Under the pieces are notes generated by a model, which was given only the letters and a program-made list of their open reading frames with translations, was not told where the DNA came from and did no database searches. From assembly GCA_963663475.2 (NCBI GenBank), contig CAXXJV010000001.1, positions 256,001 to 320,000 of the forward strand: a stretch of DNA of 64,000 nucleotides. The letters run 5' to 3'. Source of the DNA: Candidatus Cloacimonadales bacterium (GTDB lineage: Bacteria > Cloacimonadota > Cloacimonadia > Cloacimonadales > JAFGVF01). Shown one piece after another: positions 37,987 through 48,185 of the stretch. A program made the position numbers and the translations under genes. Each line of letters starts with the position of its first letter. Position 1 is the first letter of the stretch.

Positions 37987-39393
37987 CTATTGAGTCAAGG
38001 TATGAACACCTAAAACTATAGTAATTAACTGGGCTGCTGTAGATAAACCTTCAGTAAAGTATTCCCAGAATGTTTTATCTAATTTTTCAGGAATAAATAT
38101 TTCATCACCTGGATTAACAACTGTATCTTTTTTTATCTTGACCCAAACATTTGTATCATATCGAATAACTCTTATTTTACTTTCATAAGCTGTATTAGTA
38201 TAGCCACCAGCATCAGTAATATATTCTTGCCAAGTCTTATCAGCTTGCCATGGTTGTAAGCCTGCATTTTGAACAGCCCCAGAAACATTTACTAACATTT
38301 GAGCTGGTCTGATATAAATTATATCGCCATCTCTAACTTGTCTATCCAAGGACTTATCTTTACTCTGCCAAAGTTGCTTAATATCAATAAAGTGTTTTCC
38401 TGATATTTCTCTTAACTTTGTTTGATAATAAGAATATTCAGTAACTGTCATAGTTGTAATATTAAGAGAAAGCAAACGTTCTAAGTCAGGATCATAACTA
38501 GAGAAAGTACTTTCATCTATCAACATAGCAAAGTTTAAATCTGCACCAGCTAGTGGTCCACCAGATTTTTCTAAAACAGATAATAAAGTACTTGAATCAT
38601 CAATTGAATATTCACCTGGATACTTTACCAATCCCATAACCTTAACAGATTTCTTAGAATAGAGGTAAGGTTTCATTGAGACCTTAATAACATCGTTATG
38701 TTCTAATTCAATGTTATTAGGATGATTTCTATCAGCTAATATCAAATTATAATCAATAAGCCAGCTAGTTAATTCTCCAGTTTCTTGGTTAATTCTATCT
38801 ATCCTGATGTTTTCTAGATCAGCATCTTTAGTGAAACCAAGTCCATATTCAACAAGATCTGATAATCTTTCACCTTGAAGAAACTCATATGTTCCAGGTC
38901 TATTAAACTGGCCAAGTAATTCAATTTTATATTCAATAGGCAGTAATTTGATTACATCATCATTTTCAAGATAGGGATTATTATTTAAGTCGCCTGTTAA
39001 GAAGAAGTCTTGCAAGTTTAAGTTAATTTTCTCACCATTACGTAGGAGAATAACTTTTCTGTATGAAATATTTTTTTCTTCTTTAGGAACTTGAGAAGTC
39101 TGCATTTGCTCTTTATTAAAGATGGCAAACTTCTTATTAGTCTCCATTTCTTGATCAGCTTTCTCATCAAAGCCAGCAAGGTCAAGTTCATTTTCCTCAG
39201 TTTTATTTTCTAAAGATAATATGTTTCTATTGTTCATATAATCAATTGCTTGAGAGACTCTATTAGAAGAATCTAAGATATAAACACCAGGATTATCTGT
39301 ATTCCCAATTATAGAAACATTAATTGGCAAAGCAAATAGTTGCACATATAAACTAATTAGGATTAGAACAACTATGCTCTTTCTATTCTTCAT
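37987..39393 (-). CDS. SLBB-repeat polysaccharide export protein (Wza/KpsD-like)
   Basis: Signal peptide; repeated V.G....PG.Y and AGG SLBB motifs; PGDEIFIPEK followed by amphipathic C-terminal helix. Confidence 0.8.
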   Translation of the reverse strand: MKNRKSIVVLILISLYVQLFALPINVSIIGNTDNPGVYILDSSNRVSQAIDYMNNRNILSLENKTEENELDLAGFDEKADQEMETNKKFAIFNKEQMQTSQVPKEEKNISYRKVILLRNGEKINLNLQDFFLTGDLNNNPYLENDDVIKLLPIEYKIELLGQFNRPGTYEFLQGERLSDLVEYGLGFTKDADLENIRIDRINQETGELTSWLIDYNLILADRNHPNNIELEHNDVIKVSMKPYLYSKKSVKVMGLVKYPGEYSIDDSSTLLSVLEKSGGPLAGADLNFAMLIDESTFSSYDPDLERLLSLNITTMTVTEYSYYQTKLREISGKHFIDIKQLWQSKDKSLDRQVRDGDIIYIRPAQMLVNVSGAVQNAGLQPWQADKTWQEYITDAGGYTNTAYESKIRVIRYDTNVWVKIKKDTVVNPGDEIFIPEKLDKTFWEYFTEGLSTAAQLITIVLGVHTLTQ

Positions 39394-40342
39394 AATAGCT
39401 AATAACTCTCTCTATTATTTGGTCTAACTTATATTTTCTCTTATAACCAATAGCTTGTTCTAGCTTGGAAATATCAGGCATTCTTTTCATCATATCTTCA
39501 AATCCTTCTTCAAAGACATCTTCATAGGCCATATATTCAATTTTTGATTTACTTTTAGCTGCTTTCTTTATTTTATGAGCTAGTTCTTCAATGGAAATTG
39601 ATTCTGTAGATCCCACATTAAATATCTGACCTTCACATTTTGGTGTAGCCATTAATTTAATTAAGGCATCAGAAACATCATCAACATCAGTAAAACATCT
39701 ACTTTGTTTACCAGTACCATGAATTACTAGAGGTTGGTCTAGAAGAGCAGCTTTAACAAATTTTGGTATTACCATGCCATATTGACCTGTTTGTCTTGGA
39801 CCTACTGTATTAAACAATCTAACAATAACAACAGGAAGCTTTTTCTCTCTATGGAAGGCTAAGGCTAGGAATTCATCAACCGCTTTAGCTGTACTATATC
39901 CCCACCTGCTAATATGAGTCGAACCTAAAAGTCTATCATCTTCTTCTTTAAATGGAGTATTATCACTCTTACCATATATCTCGGAAGTAGATGCTACAAG
40001 AACTTTGCATTTATACTTATGGGAAAGCTCAAGTACATTCTCAGTACCAACAATATTTGTTCTTAAAGATAATAATGGATTCTCAATAATATATTTAACC
40101 CCAACTGCTGCTGCCATATGATAGACAATCTTACATTGAGATATTAATTCTTCTAATAGTTCATAGTTTAAGATAGAACCAATATGTAGAGTAAAATCAG
40201 GGTTATCACGTAAGTGTTTAACATTTTCTAATGAACCTGTAGATAAATTATCTAGTACAATTATTTTGTTTCCTTGCTTTAACAATTTCTCTGCTAAATG
40301 AGAGCCAATAAAACCAGCTCCACCAGTTATTAATATATTCAT
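39383..40342 (-). CDS. NAD-dependent nucleotide-sugar epimerase/dehydratase (UDP-glucuronate decarboxylase-like SDR)
   Basis: TGGAGFIGSHL, ASTSEIYG, YSTAK, RLFNTVGPRQ. Confidence 0.92.
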   Translation of the reverse strand: MNILITGGAGFIGSHLAEKLLKQGNKIIVLDNLSTGSLENVKHLRDNPDFTLHIGSILNYELLEELISQCKIVYHMAAAVGVKYIIENPLLSLRTNIVGTENVLELSHKYKCKVLVASTSEIYGKSDNTPFKEEDDRLLGSTHISRWGYSTAKAVDEFLALAFHREKKLPVVIVRLFNTVGPRQTGQYGMVIPKFVKAALLDQPLVIHGTGKQSRCFTDVDDVSDALIKLMATPKCEGQIFNVGSTESISIEELAHKIKKAAKSKSKIEYMAYEDVFEEGFEDMMKRMPDISKLEQAIGYKRKYKLDQIIERVISYYEE

Positions 40343-40539
40343 TAATTCTCCTATTAACTTATATCATAAAAATTAAGATTATCCCTTATCTATTGGGGAA
40401 TAATCAATAAATCAAATTATTTTTAGTACTGGAATAAGTACTTTGATTCAATTTCTTCTAACATTAATATAATTGCAAGTATTTTTTTGGAAATTATCAT
40501 AATGTTAGCTTATCTCCTGAGACTAGCTTAGTAAATTAA

Positions 40540-40584
40540 ACCCGAATAATGAGTTAAACAAAATAGTGCATTAGGCTTTTGGGT
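40540..40584. repeat. Family-A end remnants
   Basis: TAA|acccgaataatgagt|TAA|acaaaatagtgcattaggcttttgggt|TTA. Confidence 0.5.
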
Positions 40585-40776
40585 TTAATAGTATAAACAC
40601 TTCTTGATTGTTGGCAAGCTACCCGCCGTCCCAGTTAGCATCTTCTTTTTTTGTGTTTTAGTGCCTTTGTAGTGAATCTCTGCCTATCTCCGTCTGCCCA
40701 GCTCCCTATTCTGGGTAAGATAATTTCTCATCAAACCCAATAATTATCCAATAATAATCACCTTATCATCCTTATA

Positions 40777-40835
40777 CCTTCCTTTACAGTCTTTCGATGA
40801 AAGTCCAGGTTTCATCGAAAGACTGTAAAGGAAGG
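40777..40835. repeat. Family-D perfect palindrome (26-bp arms, 7-nt loop)
   Basis: ccttcctttacagtctttcgatgaaa-gtccagg-reverse complement; arms identical to the core of the 16340 copy. Confidence 0.9.
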
Positions 40836-41133
40836 AACAAGGATGCTTACAGGGAAAAAGCAGATTTGGTAAGAGGACTTATGCTAGTAGGTAGATCAGA
40901 TAGTGTAGAGCCAAAAGTTTTGTGGTAAATGTATCAAATCATATAAGTGGATTAGTAAAAAAATAGATATATTTTCAAAATACTAGAAATTGGGTTTAAG
41001 AGAAATTTGCAAATCGCTGTTCTCTTGTAAGAATAAGTATGACAAATAGATAGGGCAAACTAGGAACTATTTATCATCTTTTTCCGTCTATATTAATGAG
41101 AGTATTTTTGATGACGACTTCTCTCTTCAATTA

Positions 41134-41298
41134 TCCCGAATGGTGCAGTAGAACTTTGATGAAGAGTGCTAGATTCTTTTAGCAAATTAAGTTACAGAAT
41201 TTGAAGGCATATAATATATATATTCCTGAAAATTATGTAGCTTACTTTTGCAAAAGAAGATAGTGCTATTCGCAAAGGTCTACTGCATTATTTTGGGA
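41134..41298 (+). mobile_element. Family-A fold-back MITE, full length (best reference copy)
   Basis: TTA|tcccgaatggtgcagtagaactttg...caaaggtctactgcattattttggga|TTA. Confidence 0.9.
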
Positions 41299-41341
41299 TT
41301 ATAGAGATAATTGGAATTCCAATTATCTCTTTTAAGTAGAA

Positions 41342-41366
41342 TAGAGGCAGGTTATTCCTGCCTCTA
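41342..41366. terminator. Hairpin downstream of CDF transporter gene
   Basis: tagaggcagg-ttatt-cctgcctcta; an adjacent palindrome agagataattggaattccaattatctct at ~41303-41330. Confidence 0.55.
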
Positions 41367-41411
41367 CTTTATTTTAATATTAATTTATCTAATACTTGTA
41401 TTCTTTTTACC

Positions 41412-42302
41412 TTAGTAGCTAATATTTGTCTTGGGATGGTAATGAATATTAGTTTTTTTAAGGCTATCAGGGAATTCATGCATAAGTTCTTCTTCCAAAT
41501 CATCGCAGATACCATCACCTTGGGCAACAGTTAGCTGAGAATCCACTTCAATGGTTAGATTCAGAACAAAGGAAGGGCCATATTTATGTACTCCAATATG
41601 GCTGATACCAAAAACTTGTGAATGAGCAAGGACAATTTCTTCAATTTTCTTAACAAAGTCATCATCTGGCATGGCATCCATAAGGTCAGTTGAAGAATCA
41701 ACAACGATTTCGAATCCTGTTTTAAAAATAAAGACAGCAACTAAGCAAGAGGCAACAGGGTCAATCCAGATCATATTTTCATTGAAGTAGGCGAAGATTA
41801 GAGAAATTAAAACAGTTCCTGAGGCCATAATATCATTGACATGGTCGTTCATTAAGGCTTTAATAGTAGGATTTTTTGTTTGCTTATAGGTTATTTTAGT
41901 ATCTAAATAGAGATAGATTTTAGCAATAACAGTTATTGAAGCAATAATCATAGGAAAGAGAAAGCTTTGACAAGCATCATATTGGCCTTTCCAAATAGTA
42001 TAGAGGGTATTAATAGAGTTCCAAAATATGGTTGCTCCAGTTGTGACAATGAAAGCACCTACTACAATAGCAGCTATGTTATCCAGCTGTCTATGTCCAT
42101 AAGGATGTTCTTCATCAGCTGGTTTATGAGATTTCTTCATAAAAATACTGACAGCAACGTAGTAGGCTACATCAGAAGTTGAGTTAATACCGTCAGCAAT
42201 GAGGGCTTGACTTTTCCCGTAAATACCAATAATGGTTTTTAGGATTGAAAAGATAATGTTTGTTACAAGACCTAGATTTACTGATCTTTTTGTTCTGTTC
42301 AT
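41412..42302 (-). CDS. Cation diffusion facilitator (FieF-like) transporter
   Basis: SQALIADG.NS.SD, KPADEEHPYGH, DH.ND, IDPVAS, IHYHP. Confidence 0.92.
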   Translation of the reverse strand: MNRTKRSVNLGLVTNIIFSILKTIIGIYGKSQALIADGINSTSDVAYYVAVSIFMKKSHKPADEEHPYGHRQLDNIAAIVVGAFIVTTGATIFWNSINTLYTIWKGQYDACQSFLFPMIIASITVIAKIYLYLDTKITYKQTKNPTIKALMNDHVNDIMASGTVLISLIFAYFNENMIWIDPVASCLVAVFIFKTGFEIVVDSSTDLMDAMPDDDFVKKIEEIVLAHSQVFGISHIGVHKYGPSFVLNLTIEVDSQLTVAQGDGICDDLEEELMHEFPDSLKKTNIHYHPKTNISY

Positions 42303-43327
42303 TAATATACCTCCATAGAGTCAATGATAGGAATACTTGTTAGTTTTGAGATTTCTCTTTGTAAAATTTTGGCATCAAGATGTCTTCCTTTTACAGAGAA
42401 ACTATTTAGGGCTAATGCTGAGATATGAAATTTATTAATAGCTTTGATATCCATGTTTTTTGTTATTTCTGATAGATTATAATAGCTAAGCTGAAGTTGG
42501 TAAGGGTGGTTAACGATTAGACTTATCTTTTGCTTAAGAAGAGGTAATCTAACCTTTTCCCAAATACTATCAGTAATGACTCCTGGTATATAGATATGGC
42601 TAAGCTGATTATCATTTAATAAGGCAACAAGGTCTTTTTCATTTCCCAAGAGGCTTGTTCTTTCTAAGACTAGCTTATTTTCATTAAGCAAGAGTAGTTT
42701 ATCAGTCTTATCATTTAATTGAGGATAAGAAGCTTCTTGTATTTCTGTTAAAAGTAACAATCTCTTAAGCTCAGTTATGATTTCCTTAAGACTACCATAA
42801 TTAGCACTTACAACCAATATTATTAGATCAATATCTGGTCTAAGAGTAATAGCTTTTCTATCTAAAGACCCATCAATGATAATAAAGCGAGGCTTAAAAT
42901 CTCTAATTTTATTAGCCAGTTCTACTTGTTCTTTGGCTGTAGAAGGGCCAACAATTTCTGTTTCTAGATCTTGCAGAGCTCTAGCAACCCAGATACTAAA
43001 AGAACCTGCTTTATAGTCACTTTTGATAAGAATTTCTACTTTTCCTGAGAACCTTTCTAAGATGTTAGAATGGGTAACAAAAATTGAATTTTGCTTGATT
43101 AGCACTTTAGGCTTTTCATGCCCCCCAACTAAATCATAGTCTTCCCCATCTCTCCCAGTAGTAAGCAGAGCAAGATTACCAGCTTGTGCTAAATTATCAG
43201 ATAAGTAGTTTAAGAAAGTAGTTTTACCTGCATTCTTACACATACCAGTAATAGCTATAAGTGGTATAGGTTTGGGAATATTTTCAATCTGTTTTAATAA
43301 GTTATTCATTAGTTTCAATTTTATCAT
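42302..43327 (-). CDS. P-loop protein resembling lysine 5,6-aminomutase reactivase subunit KamB
   Basis: ITGMCKNAGKTTFLN, TGRDGE..D....KP, IVGPS, IDGSLDRK motifs. Confidence 0.6.
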   Translation of the reverse strand: MIKLKLMNNLLKQIENIPKPIPLIAITGMCKNAGKTTFLNYLSDNLAQAGNLALLTTGRDGEDYDLVGGHEKPKVLIKQNSIFVTHSNILERFSGKVEILIKSDYKAGSFSIWVARALQDLETEIVGPSTAKEQVELANKIRDFKPRFIIIDGSLDRKAITLRPDIDLIILVVSANYGSLKEIITELKRLLLLTEIQEASYPQLNDKTDKLLLLNENKLVLERTSLLGNEKDLVALLNDNQLSHIYIPGVITDSIWEKVRLPLLKQKISLIVNHPYQLQLSYYNLSEITKNMDIKAINKFHISALALNSFSVKGRHLDAKILQREISKLTSIPIIDSMEVY

Positions 43328-45701
43328 TTCTTAAATATTTGTCAAACCATTCATTGATTTCAGATAATACATGGAGTTCTGATTCTTTAGCTCGATAACT
43401 ATGTTCTTCAAAAGGCAAGATAACCATACGAGCAGTACCGCCATTACCCTTAATTGCCTGATAGAGTCTTTTAGTTTGCATGGGATAAGTTCCACTATTA
43501 GGGTCTTTATCTCCATGAATTAAGAGTAGAGGCTCATTAATTTGATCTGCTGTAGCAAAAGGTGAAACTTGCAGATAAAAATCTTTAGCTTGCCAAAAAG
43601 TCCTTCTTTCTTTCTGAAAACCAAAAGGTGTTAAAGTTCTATTGTAAGCACCGCTTTTAGCTACCCCTACTTGGCAAAGATCTGAGTTTGCTAAAACATT
43701 TGCTACCATAAAGGCACCATAACTATGACCAATAATACCAACTTTTTCAGGATTAATAATCTCTCTTTCATCTAAGTAATCTATGGCAGAAGAAACTCCA
43801 GCAAGTAGCTGTTCCAGAAAAGTGTCATTAACAACTTGAGGATCACCAACAATAGGAATAGAAGCATTATAAAGAACCGCATAGCCATTCATAGCTAAAT
43901 AACGAATATCATCGCCATAGTACCAAGTAAAGGTCTTATCTGAGCCAGAGACTTGACCTGCTGTTTCAGCAGAAGCATATTCTCTGGGGTAAGCATGAAT
44001 AATGAGAGGAAGTTTCTCTTTTCCATCATAATCATGTGGTAAATAGAGAATGCCAGACAGGTCAATTCCATCACTTCTTTTGTAATTGACTAGTTCTTTT
44101 TTAAGGTTAGCATAATCGGGGTAAGGATTCTGGTTATTGGTTAAACTTCTTCTTTGACCTGTAAGTAGATTAACAAGCTGATAGTTTCGTGGTTGTTCAA
44201 TATTTTGACTACCAATAATTATACTTTCATAATTACTATCAGCAAAAGAAGAAATCTGTTCATATTTATCCAGGTCAGCTTCGAAGAGCTTTGTAAATTC
44301 TAATGTTTTAATATTGAAGGAAGCCAAGAAAGGTCTATTACCTTCTGGACTAGCACCTTGATTATTGATATAATAAATCAAATCACCATTTCTCTGAACA
44401 AGTCTTTCTTTATTTTTATTCCATACCGTAAAGAGAGAACCCCTGTCTCCATACTTATCATTAACAGATTGATCAGTTATAAGTTTGCTAGAATTATCTG
44501 CTAAATTAAGCAACCATTGCCTTGACCAGAGTCTATCCCTATCATAATCACCATAGATAATATTCTCCTTATCTGATAAACATTGATAACCACTAGCCCT
44601 ATGTTGAGTTTTAAAAAAGACCTCACTTATTTTAAAAGGATAATCACTTTTATAAATTATGTCTCTATATTCTACTTGCTGATTAGGGTCACCTTCATCT
44701 TGGGCTTGATACCAGACTAGTGTTTGCTCAGCAATAGGCAACCAATGATGGTATCTTTGACCTGCATAAGTTCCTCCAATAGGAATTTCATCCTGTAAAG
44801 GTCTATCCATAATATGCTTGACTTCTTTCCCTTTTAGATTCCAGATAGAAGTAGTCTGAGGGAAATAATAGTAGGGAACTGTATAGGAATAGGGGGTATT
44901 AATTTTAGTTACAAGCAAGAGTTTGTTGTTAGGAGAGATTTCAACTGAAGGATAAATACCAGCTGGTCCAATCTCCTTTATCTTCTTTGATTTAAGATTA
45001 ACAATAGCTATTTGGCTAGTGAAATAATAGTCAAAAAGAATTTCATCATTAGGAGATTTTAGCAGTTTAGTGTAGGTTCTCATCTGACTCATCTTACCGG
45101 AAGTTTCTTCTATAAGTGGAGATTGAGGGATAGGATCATAATCAGCCTCTTGAGGTCTATCTTCTGGTATCATTTGAATAAGAACTTCTTTTTGATTTGC
45201 TAACCATTGAACATGTGGCTCGCCCATAGCACCATTAAGTTTAATTTGTGGGTAGTCTGTAATTTTCTTAGTCTTAAAATCAACATAGATAAAACTTATC
45301 CCATCTTCCATTTCATAAGTCATAATAGCCTTGGAGTAATCCCAAGAATAAAAGACTGTTCTAATGGTAGCATATTTAGCAATATCTATCTGATCTGAAG
45401 AATCATTAGCAAAATCAACTAAAGAAAAACTATCAGTCTGATAGAATTTTCTACCAGCATTTATTCGGGGAAGAAACTTTTTCCCTGCTAATTCTAAATC
45501 TTCCTCTACTAACTCATTTAAGCCAATCTGACCTTTATATGTTATTTCAAAAGCAGATTTTGAAAATGGCTTGAAAATCAGATAGGGTGGCTTGGTTATT
45601 TCATAAACATCTTTAATTCTATCATCTGGAACCTTATACTGTCCAAAAACAACTTGCACAGTAATTAAAAATATCAGGGTAACTAATTTTTTTCTTAACA
45701 T
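43302..45701 (-). CDS. Secreted S9 prolyl-oligopeptidase-family peptidase (glutamyl endopeptidase S9D-like)
   Basis: GHSYGAFM nucleophile, SGAYNRTLTPFGFQ, HGDKDPNSGT, LPFEEH.Y; signal peptide. Confidence 0.9.
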   Translation of the reverse strand: MLRKKLVTLIFLITVQVVFGQYKVPDDRIKDVYEITKPPYLIFKPFSKSAFEITYKGQIGLNELVEEDLELAGKKFLPRINAGRKFYQTDSFSLVDFANDSSDQIDIAKYATIRTVFYSWDYSKAIMTYEMEDGISFIYVDFKTKKITDYPQIKLNGAMGEPHVQWLANQKEVLIQMIPEDRPQEADYDPIPQSPLIEETSGKMSQMRTYTKLLKSPNDEILFDYYFTSQIAIVNLKSKKIKEIGPAGIYPSVEISPNNKLLLVTKINTPYSYTVPYYYFPQTTSIWNLKGKEVKHIMDRPLQDEIPIGGTYAGQRYHHWLPIAEQTLVWYQAQDEGDPNQQVEYRDIIYKSDYPFKISEVFFKTQHRASGYQCLSDKENIIYGDYDRDRLWSRQWLLNLADNSSKLITDQSVNDKYGDRGSLFTVWNKNKERLVQRNGDLIYYINNQGASPEGNRPFLASFNIKTLEFTKLFEADLDKYEQISSFADSNYESIIIGSQNIEQPRNYQLVNLLTGQRRSLTNNQNPYPDYANLKKELVNYKRSDGIDLSGILYLPHDYDGKEKLPLIIHAYPREYASAETAGQVSGSDKTFTWYYGDDIRYLAMNGYAVLYNASIPIVGDPQVVNDTFLEQLLAGVSSAIDYLDEREIINPEKVGIIGHSYGAFMVANVLANSDLCQVGVAKSGAYNRTLTPFGFQKERRTFWQAKDFYLQVSPFATADQINEPLLLIHGDKDPNSGTYPMQTKRLYQAIKGNGGTARMVILPFEEHSYRAKESELHVLSEINEWFDKYLRNDKIETNE

Positions 45702-45888
45702 TAAAAATCCTTATCATTCATTAGTTTATAGGCCAATAATCTCACTTATATCATACTATTTTTTTGTGTAAATTTTTGTAAACAAAATTTTTCTTGCTAA
45801 ATAAGCTTAATGATTTTTTTTTGCATTTCAATGAACAAACTAAAAAAAAATTAATCAAAAATGGAAAGGAATAAAAAAAGGAATTTAA

Positions 45889-47967
45889 ATGGACATTACG
45901 AAACTTAGGAATATTGGAATTAGTGCTCATATCGACTCAGGAAAGACTACTTTATCAGAAAGGATTCTTTATTATACAGGAAAGATTCATACTATACATG
46001 AAGTACGCGGTAAAGATGGTGTAGGTGCCACAATGGATTCAATGGAATTAGAAAAAGAGAGAGGTATCACAATTGCCTCTGCTGCAACAAGCGTAACATG
46101 GAAAGGGTATGATATTAATTTAATCGATACACCTGGTCACGTTGACTTCACAATAGAGGTTGAAAATGCCCTTCGCGTGCTAGATGGAGCTATCCTTGTG
46201 CTATGTAGTGTCGGTGGCGTGCAATCACAGACTATCACTGTTGATCGCCAACTTAAAAGATATGATGTACCCAACTTAGTCTTTATTAATAAAATGGATA
46301 GATCTGGTGCAGACCCAATTAGAGTTACTTCTCAAGTTCGCGAAAAACTTGGCAGAAATGCTGTTATGATGCAGCTTCCTATTGGTTCTGGTGATGATTT
46401 TGAAGGAATCATCGACCTTGTGAAAATGGTAGCTGTTTATTACGAAGGTCCTAATGGTGATATTTTAGTAGAAAAAGAAATTCCTGCTGACATGTATGAT
46501 TTTGCTGTTGAAAAACGTGAGCAAATGTTAGATCAGGCTTCTATGTTCTCTGAAGATTTAATGGAAGCATTTTTAGAAGGTAATGAAACTGAAGAAATGA
46601 TTAATGAAGCTATCAGAATCGGAACTATTAAACGTGAATTTGTTCCTGTTTTCTTAGGTACTGCTTACAAAAATAAGGGTGTGCAAAAACTATTAGATGC
46701 TGTTGTTGACTATCTTCCAGCTCCTAATGATGTTACTAACTATGCTTATGATGTTGCAGCCGGCGACAAAGAAGTTCCTCTTTCACATAGCCCAGAAGAA
46801 GACCTTGTTGCTATGGCATTTAAATTAGATAACCAAGTCTATGGACAGCTTACTTATCTTAGAATTTATCAGGGTACTCTTAAGAAAGGAACAGACATTA
46901 CCAACATTTCTAACGGAAAGAGAGTTAAAGTTGGACGTCTTATTAGGATGCATTCTGATTCTATGGAAGATATTCAGGAAGGAAAAGCTGGTGATATCAT
47001 TGCTATGTTTGGTGTTGATTGTGCTTTAGGTGATACTTTCAATAGTGGAGATAGGGTTTTATCTCTCAAATCTATGTATGTTCCTGAACCAATCATTTCT
47101 CTTGCTGTAACATGTAAAGATAAGAAATCTGTAAACAACATGGGTAAAGCCTTAAATAGATTCTCTAAAGAAGACCCTACTTTCAAGTATGAAATTGATG
47201 AAGAATCAAGTCAAACTATCATCTCAGGTATGGGTGAATTGCATCTTGATGTTTATATTGAAAGAATGAGAAGAGAATATAAAGTTGATATTGAAACAGG
47301 CCAACCTGAAGTTGCTTACCGTGAATCTATTGGTTCAGAAGCCTTATTCAACTATACACATAAAAAACAATCTGGTGGACGTGGTCAATTTGCTAAAATA
47401 GCTGGAGCTATCAGACCAGTTGAAGGAGACTCAGTATTCCTTGATAAAATTACTGGTGGTGTAATTCCAAGCACATATATTCCTTCAGTTGAAAAAGGAT
47501 TCAGAGCTTCTCTTGATAAAGGAGAATTAACTGGTTTCCCTGTTGTAGGTATTGAATTTGAGCTTAATGATGGTTCTTATCACCAAGTTGACTCTTCACA
47601 AATGGCCTTTGAAGTTGCAGCTAAAGCAGCTTTCAAAGAAGTTTATAAGAAAGCTAACCCTTATATTATGGAACCTATTATGAAGATTGAAGTTGAAACT
47701 CCTTCTGAATTTAGAGGTAATGTCATGGGATCAATAAACCAAAGACGTGGTGTTGTTTTAGATACAGAAATTGATGATCAATTCTCACGTATTATTGCTG
47801 AAATCCCTCTTTCAGAAATCTTCGGTTATGCAACTGTTCTACGTTCATTAACTCAAGGAAAATCTGAATTCTCACTTGAGTTCTCTTCTTATAAAAGAGT
47901 TCCTAAACAAATGGAAGAAAAGATGTTGGAAGAAATTAGAAAAAGGAATGCTGAAAAAGGCAATTAA
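45889..47967 (+). CDS. fusA: Elongation factor G, stand-alone copy
   Basis: [50 protein letters not shown]. Confidence 0.97.
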   Translation: MDITKLRNIGISAHIDSGKTTLSERILYYTGKIHTIHEVRGKDGVGATMDSMELEKERGITIASAATSVTWKGYDINLIDTPGHVDFTIEVENALRVLDGAILVLCSVGGVQSQTITVDRQLKRYDVPNLVFINKMDRSGADPIRVTSQVREKLGRNAVMMQLPIGSGDDFEGIIDLVKMVAVYYEGPNGDILVEKEIPADMYDFAVEKREQMLDQASMFSEDLMEAFLEGNETEEMINEAIRIGTIKREFVPVFLGTAYKNKGVQKLLDAVVDYLPAPNDVTNYAYDVAAGDKEVPLSHSPEEDLVAMAFKLDNQVYGQLTYLRIYQGTLKKGTDITNISNGKRVKVGRLIRMHSDSMEDIQEGKAGDIIAMFGVDCALGDTFNSGDRVLSLKSMYVPEPIISLAVTCKDKKSVNNMGKALNRFSKEDPTFKYEIDEESSQTIISGMGELHLDVYIERMRREYKVDIETGQPEVAYRESIGSEALFNYTHKKQSGGRGQFAKIAGAIRPVEGDSVFLDKITGGVIPSTYIPSVEKGFRASLDKGELTGFPVVGIEFELNDGSYHQVDSSQMAFEVAAKAAFKEVYKKANPYIMEPIMKIEVETPSEFRGNVMGSINQRRGVVLDTEIDDQFSRIIAEIPLSEIFGYATVLRSLTQGKSEFSLEFSSYKRVPKQMEEKMLEEIRKRNAEKGN

Positions 47968-47985
47968 TTCTAAGAATAAAAATAT

Positions 47986-48028
47986 AAAGACCTTGCAGGA
48001 GATATTGCTTCTGCAAGGTCTTTCTTTT
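47986..48028 (+). terminator. fusA terminator
   Basis: aaagaccttgcagg...tctgcaaggtcttt followed by ctttt. Confidence 0.75.
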
Positions 48029-48052
48029 ATCCCAAGTATTGAGTATGGTTTA

Positions 48053-48124
48053 ACCTAAATAATGCAGTAGATCTTTGTGAATAGCAGAATATTCTACACT
48101 AAAGTTCTACTACACTATCTGGGA
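48053..48124 (-). mobile_element. Mini family-A MITE (internal deletion), inverted
   Basis: TTA|acctaaataatgcagtag...ctacactatctggga|TTA. Confidence 0.8.
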
Positions 48125-48185
48125 TTATTCAAGCAATATGCTATAATGAAAGTCTCTTATTTACCACCAGACTTGAACAAGAGCC
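48125..48185 (-). repeat. Family-B end (~60 bp), reverse complement of 32594-32655, abutting a stop codon
   Basis: ttattcaagcaatatgctataatgaaagtctcttatttaccaccagacttgaacaagagcc|tta. Confidence 0.8.

Noticed and set aside
40600-40720. Slightly GC-richer intergenic stretch, possible ncRNA or gene remnant (also 55588-55660)
   Set aside because: No tRNA cloverleaf, riboswitch consensus or convincing ORF could be recognised by eye.
41164-41172. CIRCE half-site GAGTGCTAG inside family-A copies
   Set aside because: No partner half-site at 9-nt spacing; coincidental.
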